NCBI GenBank assembly: GCA_035221665.1 | Contig: CM069139.1 | Coordinates: 57,412,001-57,476,000 of the forward strand | Source of the DNA: Okamejei kenojei | Lineage: Eukaryota | Direction of reading: 5' to 3' | DNA: 64,000 bases | Part shown: positions 12,654 to 27,076 of the stretch, in pieces | Position numbering within the stretch: position 1 is the first letter of the stretch | How the letters are laid out: each line of letters starts with the position of its first letter | Position numbers and translations under genes: made by a program | The notes under the pieces: generated by a model | The model's database searches: none | Told to the model about the DNA's origin: nothing | Seen by the model: only the letters and a program-made list of their open reading frames with translations

Positions 12654-13899
12654 TTAAGATCAGTATTTGCAAAGTAGTGATTACAATGATATTGGATTCA
12701 AAAGAGAATGAATAGTCACTTGTTGCTACAGTATCTTCGTAAAACAAGTCAGAGCTATCCCTTGGACAGCACAACAACCCAACAACAACGTTGGCAACAT
12801 TATCAGCACAATGTTTCAATTTTACCAAGTGCCTTCAGGTCACACAAGACACTAGTGTACAATTAAGGCGGTTATTATAACCTTTTGTGACTTTCCTCGC
12901 TATATGTTCCTACTTGGCAAATTCTGTAGTTGCAGCTCAGAAGTCAGTAAATGGAATCCATGTGCTGTTTGCATCATCTCAAGTTCGAGATGTAGCAGAT
13001 TGCAGTATAAACACACTGGAGTATAAGTCACTGAACTCTAGTGTTCCTCTCATAGCAAATTGATAGCATAATTTTATTATGCTATGAACAATGACTACAG
13101 GGAATGTGCAAGATCTGCACAGCTCTACATATAATCCATTTGACTAAATGTAACACTTCCATTAGACGAGTGTATAATGAAAGCAGTACTGGATGCCAGC
13201 AAGGACTATAACATTTCAGTTTTCAGATCTTGTCAAAAGGGCACACAATAAATCATACATATAGCTTATTAAATGTCATAGGCAGGTGATCCAACAGGGA
13301 GGACAAGGGGGGTGCTTATATTGCAAGATGACTTCGCTGTCATGTGATATGTATTCTTCAGAGCGCTAAGGTCAGAAATCCTTCACATGGATTTTAATAA
13401 GCTACTTATTACCGTCTTTCAATGCTAATTATTTGATATATCCTTTCGGTAACCATCTATTAATATTGAAGTGGTAGCCATATTTTAACAATGATTGGGT
13501 AATAACAATCATTGTTCATTTTTATATAATTGATAATGTAATTCCACTGAAGAAGTGGGAAGATTCTACTGTTGGGGCAGAATAAAAATCGAGAAAAATT
13601 TGGCTATTAATTCCCACTCTTGATTTTAATACGTTGTGAGGATAAAAAGGACCATTTTACTTTCATAATGAAATAAAGTGATTTCAAATTGCCAATGCAA
13701 TAGCATACCCTTGTAGGAGATCACAAAAATACGATTAATTACAACATTAAGTATTAAAATAAGAATTTATTATAAATATCTAAAATTTCTTAATGAAAGC
13801 CAAATTTAAAAGTAAATCAAACATTAATTAAAAATTATATAGTGGAGAAAGGTAATCTCGTAAGTTGAATTATCAACCAATATGCATGCTGAACGAGGC

Positions 13900-14565
13900 A
13901 CGTGAAAATTGTGGCTCCATGGACAGCTCGAAAGATTGGTGTTCTGCACTGAATGATTCCCTAAACCCTTTTCACCACATCCTGTCCACAAGTCAGGAGT
14001 GTAATGGATATTCTCCTCATGTCTGATTAACTTAGCCCCAACAACATTTAAGAAATGCAACATCCTCCAGGTCAAGACAGACCACTTGATTGGCAACCTA
14101 TCCATAACAGTCACTTCCTCCATCACTAGTGCGCTGTGAATGAATGTACATCATCTGTAAGATACACTGACGCCAATCACCATGCCGACTGACACGGCAC
14201 CACCCAAGTCCACAGCATCTTCCAGCAACTAGAATTACAAGGTCAACAAACACATAAAAACACCACCACCTCCAACACACCAAATTTAGTGGGATATGAA
14301 CCTTACCCAGGTAGGTGGGACTAGTGTAGATGGGGCGTCTTGGTCGGCGTGAGCAAGTTGGGCTAAAGGGCCCATTTCCGTGCTCTGACTCTATGACCAT
14401 CTTGACTTATGCAGCTTGGATCAATATTCTGTCACCTCCTTCCCAACAACTTTCTGGGAGGACCCTCACCAAACAGAATGCAGTGATTCAAGAAAGTGGA
14501 TCACCATCACCTTTTACAAGGGCAATTAGGGATGGGCAAATATACAATAAATTAATAAATAAAAA
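13900..14565 (+). mobile_element. Old L2/CR1-clade LINE 3' fragment with a nested HER1-type tail (about 14285-14397)
   Basis: Decayed QVRSVMxYS / PTTFKKxNI coding remnants; terminal gggcaattagggatgggcaa...aataaa. Confidence 0.55.
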
Positions 14566-16040
14566 GGTCTTGTCTCGTGTGTCATGTGAGCACTATTTTA
14601 GGCCATTAGCAATTCTGTTAGTATTAATGGAGACAAATACAACTGCAGGTCTTTAAAAAAAAAATCAGTTCATATATGCAGTTTTACACTCAATAATGTA
14701 CAGCACGTAATCCAGAAAGATAAACTGAATCTGTACATTGATGCAAAATTTGGCGTCTGTCATCATTCATCATATAGGATAAGATAAATTTCACACCAGA
14801 TGTTGATTCTTGCCAAAAGCCACCACAATATTTTCCCATGAGTCACAACTGAATCCAAAGATGTTTTCACAACAATCAGATAAACTTAAAGAAACAGTAA
14901 TTTGACACTACAGAGGAAAACCTCAGTCTTCAGGTATCATGTGATTTCAAATCCCATACAGTACTAAAATTCCTCTAAGTGAGAGTACCCCAGAGAATTA
15001 AGTAAACCTCTCTTTCTAAATTTAGAACTGAAACAAAAGACAAAGCTAAAAATGCTGTTCATTGTACATAAAGTAGCCTTTTATCTTGCTATTTATCATG
15101 GCCCAGAAACATTTGCAACATTTCTAAGCAGTTTATCCCGAATATTGTCTAATATTCTTTTTTTTTAATTATTGCCTCTAGCAAATGAAATTAAGTAAAT
15201 GGTAAGGAATCGCAAACACGTTTCCTGCTGATGGGAATGATGCGCCACTTGCTGTATCAAAACAGAGCTTCCTTCTGACCTCTCCAAGCCTTGATTTTGC
15301 TGCTGAGACAAAGGAATGATTCAGCATGCCCTTTCATATGGCTGCCTCAAACTAACAGCGTCAGACCACTGGCACTGACCATTAATTTGCTGGTATCAAG
15401 GAAGAAAATTCTACAAATTAATTGGGGCACTTCTGCAAAACACCTTTCTACTTGGGAAACAAGAACTTAATTTGACTGATTTTGGTTGAAGCTATTTATT
15501 AATCCTTTCCCATTTTTAATAGTGTGCAGTTCCTGCACTTTATGATGTCTAATGGGACTATGATCTGGCACTTGGTACCCCATGTCGAGTGTTTACAAAC
15601 ATAAATCCTTGCGTCCCCTTCGACTTTCGGTGCTGTATTCTAATTCTTGCTTCAAAATTTGACAATGTCAGCTGATAGCTCTGAAGCTTTTGATGTTTGG
15701 GTGGCTGAGCTCTTAACGTTGTCATTTCTTTAGGAAACATTAAATTATTAAGTTGGAACAAAATGTACCATATCTAGCATAACATAAACTGGCAAAATTA
15801 AAATACTCAATGGAAGCAGTAGCTTTAAATGTTATCTAACTCACTGGTTTCACGATACCCTTTCAAAGAAGGATACAATTATTGTACTTCACAAAATGTG
15901 TTATTCTGATATAAAACAATTTGGTAATTTTTTGATCTTCAATACAGCAGTTTATTTCTGCATAAGTCAGCCTGACAGAATGTGGGCAACTCAATTTTCT
16001 GCACTGTAGCTAGGCACATCGCCTTTTACGTAGTGCTAGC

Positions 16041-16299
16041 NNNNNNNNNNNNNNNNNNNNNNNNNNNNNNNNNNNNNNNNNNNNNNNNNNNNNNNNNNNN
16101 NNNNNNNNNNNNNNNNNNNNNNNNNNNNNNNNNNNNNNNNNNNNNNNNNNNNNNNNNNNNNNNNNNNNNNNNNNNNNNNNNNNNNNNNNNNNNNNNNNNN
16201 NNNNNNNNNNNNNNNNNNNNNNNNNNNNNNNNNNNNNNNNNNNNNNNNNNNNNNNNNNNNNNNNNNNNNNNNNNNNNNNNNNNNNNNNNNNNNNNNNNN
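16041..16299. other. Assembly gap
   Basis: N run. Confidence 1.
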
Positions 16300-17030
16300 C
16301 AGCCACGGAGTCCGATAAACCTAAAAGCTTCGTTAATGTCTGCCTGCCTGTATCCCATAGATAGAGCACTTTGTAAATGAACCTGCTTTGATAAATATAT
16401 TAAGGAAAGCTGCGAATAAAAGGAAAGTCTTCTCATTTGTAAATACAACCTCTGCTACATGGAATTATAATGATAAAATGGGGTTCCATGTAATTAAGTT
16501 TGTATAAGACCTGAAATCCGTGCAAATACCTTCCCCGAATTTTGAAAGGAAACTGTCAGTTCAATTAATCTGAACATCACCCGAGAATGTACTGAACAAA
16601 ATGAAGCTGCAGATAAAGCCCGGCCCAGTATTTTGATAAGTAATTCCTGTATCATTTCTTTGGTACTGTGATCATTTCATTTAATCCAACCTCCCCACAT
16701 CTCCCCCACTCCCATTCAAAGTTACGTGTTAAGCCATCTACAAAGGGACAACTAGTATTACTACTGTGGCAGTAATCCATCATATCACACATGTAAAATG
16801 GGAAAAAAAAGTATACTTTTTTTTTAAATGATCAAAAAGGAAAATCAATATCCTATTCTAAATAAGGTTCTGAAATGGGACAATGCAAAACCTTCTATCC
16901 AGGCCGCCACAACCAAAGTTGCATGTTTGAGCGTTAAATAGTTTCGTATCACCCCAAAAAAATAAGGGGGTTCGTTACAAAGCAAAGCACCTTTCCATAG
17001 AGAGAAAGCATAGGAGAGATAAGTCACTCA

Positions 17031-17165
<135 letters not shown>

Positions 17166-19284
17166 TCACTGATTAAATTCACTCCGACTACAGAAGGACA
17201 GTGTTTCATTAAAAATATCTCTGGAAGGAAAGAAAGTAATGCTCATCTAATATGGATTTTTCTTTAAATGAAATAAATTATTTTGATTGCTGGGTGTTGA
17301 CACGTTTTTGGATCAGCCTCCAGCCCTTTTGAAAGCCATGTAATTGCAGGAGGTTTTCCTCATCTTACCTTGTCCATATTAGTAATGACCCCTTGCTACT
17401 ACTAAACCACTAATAGTTTCAGCAGCAGCGAATGAAATGAATAGGATGAATCTAAATTCACAGTTGGTAATTTGCATTGTGTAAGGCTTCCTTAGCCTCT
17501 TGGACAGCTCTTGGTCATCAATCCTTGGCTGTCAGTTGCTGCACTATGCCACAGTGATAGATATGTTTCCTAACACCAGAATTCATCCAAACAATGTGAT
17601 TGTCCTTTATTTTACACTTAATAATGAAGATAATTAATGGCTCAAAAAAAGTACAAGGATATTTTTTTTGTGGTAAGAGTAGGGAGGGAACTCAAAAGGC
17701 TTACATCATAATTTGTGAATGGTTGAAATGCATGTTTTGGAATCATTTCTTAGTAAACCTCTAGTGGCTCAAGTCTGCAGCCTCAAACATACTGGTTATT
17801 ATGTGTTGTCAAAATATGCATTTCCCCTTTCCATCTAATCCATCAATATTAGCTCTTGCTGCAATGAAGCCAGTATGGATGACAATGAAGTGTCGGTATG
17901 AAACCAAGACTAGTGATTGTAGGAGCAGCAAGGCATAGTCAGGTAATGCAGTTCTGCTATGCATATGGCCATTTGAAATCTCTAATCCAGTCATTTCTGT
18001 CATAGCCATCCTGTAGCAATTGAGGTCTCCCAGTGGAATACATGCTAGAATATAGCAACAATGATGATGGATCACTTCATCACTGTGGAACCAGACTGTG
18101 GTGAATTAAGGACACAGGTCGTAGGTTTGGCTGTCCTGAAACCACTCTGCACTGATGAAGCTTTCACAGAGGTGTAAAATGGTAGCTACTCAGAGTATGA
18201 CATTTTTCTTTTAACCAGATATTAATTTTCATCATTCCTACTAAAAATTAAAAACTCTACGCCTTAAGTCATTTTTCCAACAATAGTTACAAATGATTTT
18301 TGCTCTAAATACATTCTATTGGATTCCACATTGGATTTTTTTTTGCACAAGATTAATTGTGTAGTCAATGTAAGCTGCACTGAATGTGGATCTAAGTGTT
18401 ACTACTTCCTGACAACAGCCAAAACAGGCAGGAATGCATGACTCACTTGGGCTCACAGACATGTACTACTAAACATGGAGAGAGAGCAAAGCACAGGCAT
18501 TCAGACTGCAGCAAATGGCTCTACTTGCTTGCTGCCTTACCAGGGCTACAGGCCGCACAATGACAATAATGGAAGCTCCAGTGAAAGCCCATCGTGACGG
18601 TGCGTCTGGAGAAATGAAACAGTTATCATTTCTTACACTTCAAAGGTCGGGATCAGAAGCCAGTGGCTGTGTAATGTTACTGTGAACAGGGTTCCCCCAC
18701 AGAAACCAGTCGCTGCCCCCTCAACAATAGCTGGCTTTCGCTGCTTCTTTTCTCTGGCTTCCAGCCAGATGCTGGTTTGGTACACCATTAATTTATGTTC
18801 AGTGAATTGATGCGGGTCTAGAGAAATGTTTTTTCATCAATTTGCCTTCCAAGTTGAAACTGCGTCCTGCCAGGTTTTGAGTTGATAATGTTAAAGGCAT
18901 TATATTGAAGTCAATCGGTGAAGGTGAGGTAAGTTTTGTTGTTTCAAAAAGGTGCTAATGCATGTATAATATGATGATATTCAAATAACCACTTATTTCC
19001 CTAACATGCATCTCTCACAAAGGAGATTATTTTTACTGAATGTGGGTGATAATTTATAAATTGCTACTCTGTCATAAATTCATTGAGATAAACAGAGATA
19101 GCCCTCTGACTAAATATCAACGGCAATGCAATGGGCTGTGATCGTGTTGGACACCAGAGTGTCAGCAGAGTCAAATCTAGATACATCAGACAAATCCGAC
19201 GTCACACATGCACAAAGAAATTGGCCTTACATCATGGGTAGTTTATTCCATAGAATAATCAGAACTTTTCACTGTAAACTTGAA

Positions 19285-19645
19285 CAGGATTTGCCTGGAT
19301 AGAGTGGATGTGGGGAGGATGTTTCCTCTAGTGGGAGAGTCTAGGACCAGAGGCCATGGCCTCAAAATAAATGGACGTACCGTTAGAAAGGAGGGACGGA
19401 ATTTCTTTAGTCAGAGGGTGGTTGGTGAATCTGTGGAATTCATTGCCACGGAAGGCTATGGAGGCCAAGTCAATGGATATTATTAGGTGGAGATTGACAT
19501 TCTTGATTACAAATGTTATCAGGGGTTATAGGAAGAAGGCAGGAGAATGTGGTTGAGAGGGTAAGATAGATCAGCCATGATTGAATGGCGGAGCAGACCT
19601 GATGGACCAAAGGGCCTAATTCTGCTCCTATAACTTAGGAACATG
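19285..19645 (+). mobile_element. CR1/HER1 LINE 3' fragment
   Basis: LDRVDVGRMFPLVGESRTRGHGLKI...RNFFSQRVV / VNLWNSLP with frameshifts. Confidence 0.85.
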
Positions 19646-20963
19646 AAAAAAATGCATAACATGAAAACATTGGTAGAATTAAATTTAATGAATATTGAAA
19701 ATGTCCCTACAATATTAACAAATAATCGTACTTGAAATGCATTTTGTTATGAATGGAAAATGGCTTGTTAGCATGCTTGGACACAAACCCAGATAAAGAT
19801 TAAAATACTGTGTGCATAATTGATTCCAACCAAATACCTTGTGTCCCAGTGACGCCGCATGTTTGATGTTCATATGGCCAGATCTTTCACACCATACCAA
19901 TATTAACTATGCGGTGGAACGTTGCCAATTTTGCAGAAACTGCTAATTCAGTATCAGTAGCAAATTCACTGGAGCAATGACAGAACAAATGGAGGGTGTA
20001 ACCGTAACTGCTCCTTACAACCATGTTTAAATTCTGCTCCGCTTACGCAGTTTGACAAAGACCACTATGTTAAGCGCCATTCTCTACACAAGATGGAATG
20101 AAAGGTGCAAGGAAAGATTATCCACAGGAGTTAAAAAAAAATAGACCAGTTTAAACCACCTACTGCTACTCACTTTAAACAAAACTGCTAAAAAGCACTC
20201 AATAGAAGGAATCAGCATAATTGATCCCAAGCACTGATGACCAGAGATGACAGTTCCATCCTGTCCCCTAAATTACTGGATCACTGTAGCCAGAATTTAT
20301 GAGAGTCAGACAGTGGACCTCACATAGCTCACATATTAGACCATTAGGCATCTAACTACCTCTGAACAATTTCAATGCATTATCTCTCTTTCTCCCTGGG
20401 GCACAAACTTCACTCTTCCATACTTTTAATATATTTTGTCGGCACGAAGCAGATCGAGTTATTACTTGCCAGCAGAACGCAGCAAACACTAGTATCCTGG
20501 CTGTGCGTGCTGCAGTTGTGGTCTCAGCATATCCACGGACTGTAAAATAGGATAAATACTCACACAGTAAACTTTATCTCGAGATGATCGGTATACTCCA
20601 GAGCTAGAACTTGATTTGTTTTCACACTGACCGTAGATCAATCTCTTTCCTAGAAAGAGGGCTCATTATTTTTGTTTTCAAGTCAAGCGCACAAAAATCC
20701 ACTTATCTTAATTTCATAGAAAAGCCTGCAGAAACCACAAGTAGATGAGTGGTTTCCACATGAATTATCTCAAGTCAGTGGTTACAAGGCGTCCCATTAA
20801 AAATCTTTGCATACAGCTCGTGAAAGAAAGAATCCAGTCAGACAACGGAACAATGGACTGTCAACAGAAAAGGATTGACACATCACCACCGTGCCAAGAA
20901 GTTATTGGTGGATAGTTTGCCTCCTGAAAATGGGAGACAGGGACATCCAAGAAAGGAAGAGAA

Positions 20964-21111
20964 GTGTGTAGGAAGGAACTGCAGATGGTGGTTTACACTG
21001 AATATAGACACAAAATGCTGGAGTAACTCAGCGGACAGGCAGCATCTCTGGAGAGAAGGAATGGGTGACTTTTCGGGTCGAGACCCTTCTTCAGCATTTT
21101 GTGTCTATCTT
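20964..21111 (-). mobile_element. Penelope-like 3' end with hammerhead motif
   Basis: agacacaaaatgctggagtaactcagcgg...gggtgacttttcgggtcgagacccttcttcag, followed by inverted terminal cagcattttgtgtctat. Confidence 0.75.
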
Positions 21112-21254
21112 CATAGGAAGGTAAGTGTCAGAAATAGTCCAGGTGAATTTGAGAGAAAGGATGGAAGATGGTGCTAGATGATAAAACTTAACGAGAATGC
21201 AGCACCAATGGAGATATCAATGGAGTGAAATGGAGTTGTCCATGTGACTACAAG

Positions 21255-21470
21255 CGCTGTCTGTACGGATTTGTATGTTTTCCTCGTGACTCACGTGGGT
21301 TTTCTTCAGGATCGCTAGTTTCCACCAACACTCCAAAAACGCACACGTTTGTAGGCTAATTGGCTTGGTATAATTGTAAATTGTCCCTAGCATTAGGGTG
21401 CAGGGATTGCAGGTCGGTGTGGACTTGGTGGGCCGAAGGGCCTGTTTCCACGCTGTATCTCTAATCTAAA
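21255..21470 (+). mobile_element. V-SINE, 5'-truncated
   Basis: V-domain remnant plus tail gggccgaagggcctgtttccacgctgtatctcta. Confidence 0.75.
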
Positions 21471-22889
21471 CATCCCTAACAATCGAACCAGCATCTGCAG
21501 CCTCTTGTGAAGAAGTCCATCAAATTAGATTGAAGAAAGTTATGAATTATAAATGATTAAATCATGGTATCAGGATTGATTGTTTTTTAGGGGAAGAGAT
21601 GCAGAGAGAAACTAAAGAGGTAATTTGGATAATTCCTCAACATTAATTTAACACGGCAATTAGTTCAACTTGGCATCATGTTCCGCATGGCCACTGTGGA
21701 CCAAAGGGTCTGTTCCTTTGCTGTACTGTTCTATGAGGTGCAGTGTAAATGCTGGTGGTATTTGCCAAGACAACAATGATATAATATGTGCTGCATACAC
21801 CATGAATACTGGCAGGGAGCATTTGTGCTGGATGACCTAATCTATGTTGCACATTCGAAGTTCTGGGATTGAGGGAGTCCAATTTGAATCTGCGAATTAC
21901 AGAGTGTGGTAAATGCACTGATACTTAAAAACTTGGCTGAAAAAAATTATATAAAGCTCACTCCAGTTCTTCTGGCCTAAATGTTGGCAAACAGGGATGA
22001 ACGAGCTGAAATTGGCAATAAAAGTGTAGCAAGAGATCATGTTTAAGTCGAAGAACTGGGGGAGGGGAGTCTGCATCGAATCTAAATTCAGCAAGATTTA
22101 GCCAAATATAGACCATTGCAATCTTTAACTATTATGTGAACTCACTAATACCTGACATGCACTTGTACCTGGAATGTGCACATTTGTTCTTAGCAGAAGG
22201 GCTTGAAAAACGTTTTTCTATAGTCGTAGCCATTGCACAAAAAAAGTAAAGCACAATGCTGGAATGTTAAAGGCTAAATATCCCCCAACGTGAGAAATTA
22301 CAAATTGGTGATGATAAGCTTTATCCAGTTGATGCCTTATAGAGTGGGACTGAAATTATACTGAAGTAACACAGGAGAGAGGTACTGATCAGTGAGAACG
22401 GAGGCACAGTAGAGGAAAGGAGCACACAAGGAAGTCTGGATCAGGGAGACTGAAATGGATAGCGGCCAGAAGCGTAGAGATATCTTGAGAGAGGCACAGT
22501 TGAAAGGTGGCCTGGGAGTTGATTGAGAGAAGTGCTGGTGATTGCAATGAGGAGTTTTAGACAATGTTTGAGCTCACCACAGATTTTAGGAATTCCAGAT
22601 GCAATTTATTGTTTTAAATCTACGTCAAATTATCCTGGTTCAAAAGCTTCAAGCTTGTGACACTTGTCTCCATTAATGAATCCCAAAGCTTGTCAACAGT
22701 AAAGCAGAATTCAGAAAAAAGCATAAAAGTAATAGCAAATAACAATCCCAGTAATCAGTAGAATATGTAAAATCTAACCCCAAATTTCGATAATCACAAC
22801 ATGAATTTGGGATTGCAAATTCTGGGTGCCAATACAATGGCACCGTTTATATGACAGCACTGCACACTATTATAACAAATTAATGTTAC

Positions 22890-23170
22890 TTTAGTTCCAT
22901 TTAGAAATACAGCATGGAAACAGGCTGTTTGGCCCACTGAATCCGCACCAACCACCAACTAACGATACACTAGTTGTATCCTACACACGAGGGATACTTT
23001 AGAGAAGCGAATTAACCTATAATCTGCAGGTGTTTTGGAGTAGAGGAGGAAACCGTAGCACCTGGAGAAAACAGAGAGAACATCCAAACTCCGTACAGAC
23101 AGCACCCGTGGTCAGGATCGAACCTGGGTCTCTGGCGCTGTATGGCAACATCTCTGCCACTGTGCTGCCC
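22890..23170 (-). mobile_element. V-SINE
   Basis: Collinear with the copies at 12028 and 52725. Confidence 0.8.
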
Positions 23171-23229
23171 TTTAGCACTACAACTTTAGGAACAGTACTG
23201 AAGAAAGTGGATCTGATCACTAGTAGTAA

Positions 23230-23795
23230 ACATACTCATAAAATATCTGCTTCACAAAATTTATTTTTTAATTTTGGGTTAATAACGGCAAAAAAACTTA
23301 TACTTAACTTTTGGAAAAATACGGCCATACCAACGCTTAAAATGTGGATTTCAAACATGTTGGACACTCACATCTTGAGGAAATGAGATTCCTCCTAATA
23401 GATAAATCAGACCAATTTTTAACGAGTTGGTCTCCAGTTGTCGACTTTTTGGAAGCATATGGTGCAACAAAACCGTAGAAGCTAACTGTTTCAGGATTGG
23501 GTGAGGGATGGTCAAGAATATAGATAACGATCTCCTTAATCTCTTACTTTCTACTCTTTTTCTTTCTTTTTCCTTTTTCTTTCTCAACTTTCTTCTTTCA
23601 CACTTATCTTTCTCACACACTATATATCACATGTGTCTCTATATTTTATTATCTATTCTCTCTTTCTTTTTCATTATTAAAAAAAAAATAAGAAGCTGTA
23701 CATAAAATGTAATATGTCAATATATATTAGGCACCTTGGTGCCATATTCCTATACTTACTTCTAATAAAATTAAAAAAATTAAAAAAAAAAAAAA
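23230..23795 (+). mobile_element. L1-clade LINE 3' end with 3' UTR and poly(A)
   Basis: FNFGLITAKKLILNFWKNTAIPTLKMW, frameshift, then HLEEMRF..DQFLTSWSP (fish-type L1 ORF2 C-terminus); AATAAA and A-tail at 23764-23795. Confidence 0.75.
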
Positions 23796-26234
23796 TGCAG
23801 CTTTTATGTTTGATATCATTTTGTTTGGTGGCAATGCAGAGCTTGTTCTTGTGCTAAATGGGAACTATTTAGCATCAGTGGAGGAGTGGGAGTTGGACTA
23901 GTGTGCAATGAAAATTTGTATTCTTGGGCCTGGTACGTGTGATCCTAAGGAGACTCATGAAAGAGATGCACATAAGCCAAAGTCCTTAGATACAGAAGGA
24001 TTAAATTTCAGAAGATTATGTTTCTATTGGGGATATCAAGATTTAAAAGCCTAGAATGATCCAACCATTTATCATAGCTGTGTAGCTATAAAGCTAACGA
24101 CCTTTTCCACATCAAACGCTAACTTCAACTGCATGTGAAAAGTCAGCACACATACTGGACAAGCTGCTTAGCACCCTACTGACGGAGCAATTCTCAAGTA
24201 AACCCAGGAGACACTGCATTTAAATCAGAATGAACCTTACGTACTGCATTCTCTGTGGATCTATAAACATAAATGGTGATTTGGATAAGGGTTAGCCAGC
24301 TAAAACAAATGTAATTTTGTATAAACTCAATTTGTATTTTAAGTGCACTTCACTATTAAAGAAACGGCTCACCAACTGTCATTCCGACCACATAAAAGCT
24401 ACTAAAAGGAATAAGAAACAAAATATTTTTGAACATGCATGCAGAATATATATTTGAGTTCTTACCTATTATCGCTGACCTGAACTAACAGCATTTGCTT
24501 CTTTTCTTTCACTAGTGGTTTTCCCAGTCTGGCCTAACAGGAAGTCTAAAGTGATCCTGACTCCTCCCTGGAGGCTGTTCATCAGCTAGCTCAGCTTACA
24601 GCAATAAAAAAATTGGTAATGTGCAAGAGTAATTGGTAATGCGCATTGGTTTCTATCAAATTATCTTTTATTACAAAAGATAATAAAAGAGCAACTGTCC
24701 TACCACATCGTGGCGAAGGCTACTGATCTTTTATGTCTCCTTGGCATTAGCATGACAATGCTCATGTTCAACCATTGTAATCATTACCAATTCCAGTAAT
24801 GCTGACTAAATTGTTGCGCACACCAGCGGGTCATTAGCCTTTGAGCTGGATATATAATAGGTCTGAAACAGATTTGATAAACCCCAAGTTCTTTCTTGCT
24901 GACAAGTGTCTTCATTCTTTTCAACAACTCTCAGAGCCGTACAGGAAGAATGGAGGGGTAGGCGCTAACTGAAGCAGCCCTGAAAGCTTAGTAGGCATAT
25001 GCTGAATTGCTGTCGACTAACAGTGGAAGACAGCTGTTGGTTTTTACTTGGCATCAGAATAATTAATGAAGTAATCAAGCTATCAACTGCAGGCTTTGAC
25101 CAGCAGGCACTACCTTAACTAATGCCTTCAAACTAGGCACCAGTTGTAACTGCTACCGGGGAGCATAATCCTTTTTTTTATATTAGAGAGCAAAGGAAAC
25201 TCAATTGCATCAAACTGTTACCCCTGTTTCCTCTGCTGTGTTGAACAGCATTTATTGTACTCATAATAGTGAAGGATTATTGGGATGGTGTGGTGGTGAG
25301 GCCACAAGACAGGATTTTCAGCATTCTTAGATCTGTTCCTCTTGCTTGAGCCAATGTCTGACCTGGCTGTTACTAATATTCATGTCTAGTTGCTCCAGAA
25401 AGCTGCATATAATCTTTCCTCTCCCTAATTAACATCGACACATTTCGTTATTCAAATCTGCACATTCCGTCAGCACTGTTGTAACAGTTTTAAATATGTG
25501 TGCTGAAGATATTTTCCAATGCATCTTTTAACCATATCCTTTTAATAACTAAATCTAGTCTAAATCAGATGCTAATCTGATATATCAGTCTTCAGAAAAA
25601 TGCTGCATGGCCAAGGGTACTACGATTTGTGATGTGCAAGGTTGTGATCCTACTTGCTCAGGTTTCAGATTAGTTAATTGTCATATACACCAGAGTGTGC
25701 AATGACATTCTTTGTACACATGAAGACCACAGTAAACAGTATACATAGAAGTAATGATCAATACAACAATGACGAGTGCAAATCAGCAGAATGGGGCAAG
25801 ATTGTAGTGCAAAATCTAAGAAGAGAACAAGAATATTAAACTCCAAAACGTAATACCTGAATGAGGTTGAGTTAAAAGTGAGTTGGCCGAAGGGCCTGTT
25901 CGTATGCTGTATTCTAAATTCTAATTCTGTTCTCAGTCCCTAGTGCAATCAAGGCAGTTTGTAATTTCAAGTTTACATCGGAAACAAGCCGGCAATGGCA
26001 GCGGTGCTTACCCAGAAGGCCACGCGCCGCAGAAATTGCCCCGGATGCAACTGAGACGGTTAATACTACTGGTGAGTTATTTCAGGCAGAGGATAGAGGT
26101 GGGGGGGGGAGGGTGGGGTGTGATTCTGAAGCGATAAATCTGATTTACGTAAGGGTTCACAGAACGTGAGCCTTTTGTAAGTCGGGAAATGCATGTAGAT
26201 GGTCGCATCTCTGGAAATGGGGAGTGAAAGAGGT

Positions 26235-26300
26235 GATTGGTTCACAAGTCGGATAGCGGTGGGAAAGAAGCTGTTCTTAAGTTGAGGCATCTGAGCTTTT
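26235..26300 (-). mobile_element. Rex1/Babar-like ORF C-terminal remnant
   Basis: QLKNSFFPTAIRLVN motif. Confidence 0.6.
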
Positions 26301-27051
26301 CAGCTCCAAGTGCATTGTCTGCGGTCAGTAAGAGGGTTTCATTGTACCAAAGGCTAAAACTGAACTAAGTGGGCTGGCGTGCATCAAAAACAAATCTTCA
26401 GCTGAGCCAGGAATGGGACATAGCAAGCGCGGAGACGCAAATCCGGCAGCCAAGTCTGGTTGACATTTGAACTTAGGCTTCCCCTCAGGGGCGAGTTTTC
26501 CAGTTCTTGGCCAGCAGTCTACAAAAGGGAAGTAAAACTACTTGGGCTTGGCATTGCTCAAGGGTGCCTCCAGGTAAATCAACTAAGGAGAGAATCTGAC
26601 AGCATCTGTTTGCAGCATTTTATCCTCCCCGCTGTTATAGAAGGTGAGGAGGAGGAGGTAGAAAGATCTTTCTTTTACTGAAAATAATGTTGGGATTTTT
26701 ATGTTCCAAAACATGGTATATTTTTCACAAATCCTACAGTTGCGATCGTTAAAGAACAGGGGGAGATTCACATGAGGTCTTGTAGAAGGATTTCACCATA
26801 CAGCACAGAAAAATCTGCTTTTTATGCAAGTTATCAGATTCAGGCTGAAAATAAAGGCAGAACCTAGGCCTGATAAAAGCCAGAGCAGCCTTTTTTCTGC
26901 TTTTCACTGTGTCAACTTCCTTTGTGTGACCCTGCCTACTTGGTGCTGTAATAGGATATCATAGAGATTCTCCCCTGGAATTGGCAATCATCACCTGAAA
27001 AGCAATTCTGTTGACTCTGGGAAGCACTTCAGTGGCTAAGGAAGTTTAGCA

Positions 27052-27076
27052 CTCTCTCTCTCTCTCTCTCTCTCTC
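27052..27076. repeat. (CT)n microsatellite followed by CA-rich low-complexity sequence
   Basis: Direct reading. Confidence 0.85.

Noticed and set aside
15982-16448. ORFs spanning N runs (also about 34823-35475 and 41897-42468)
   Set aside because: Open only because of assembly gaps.
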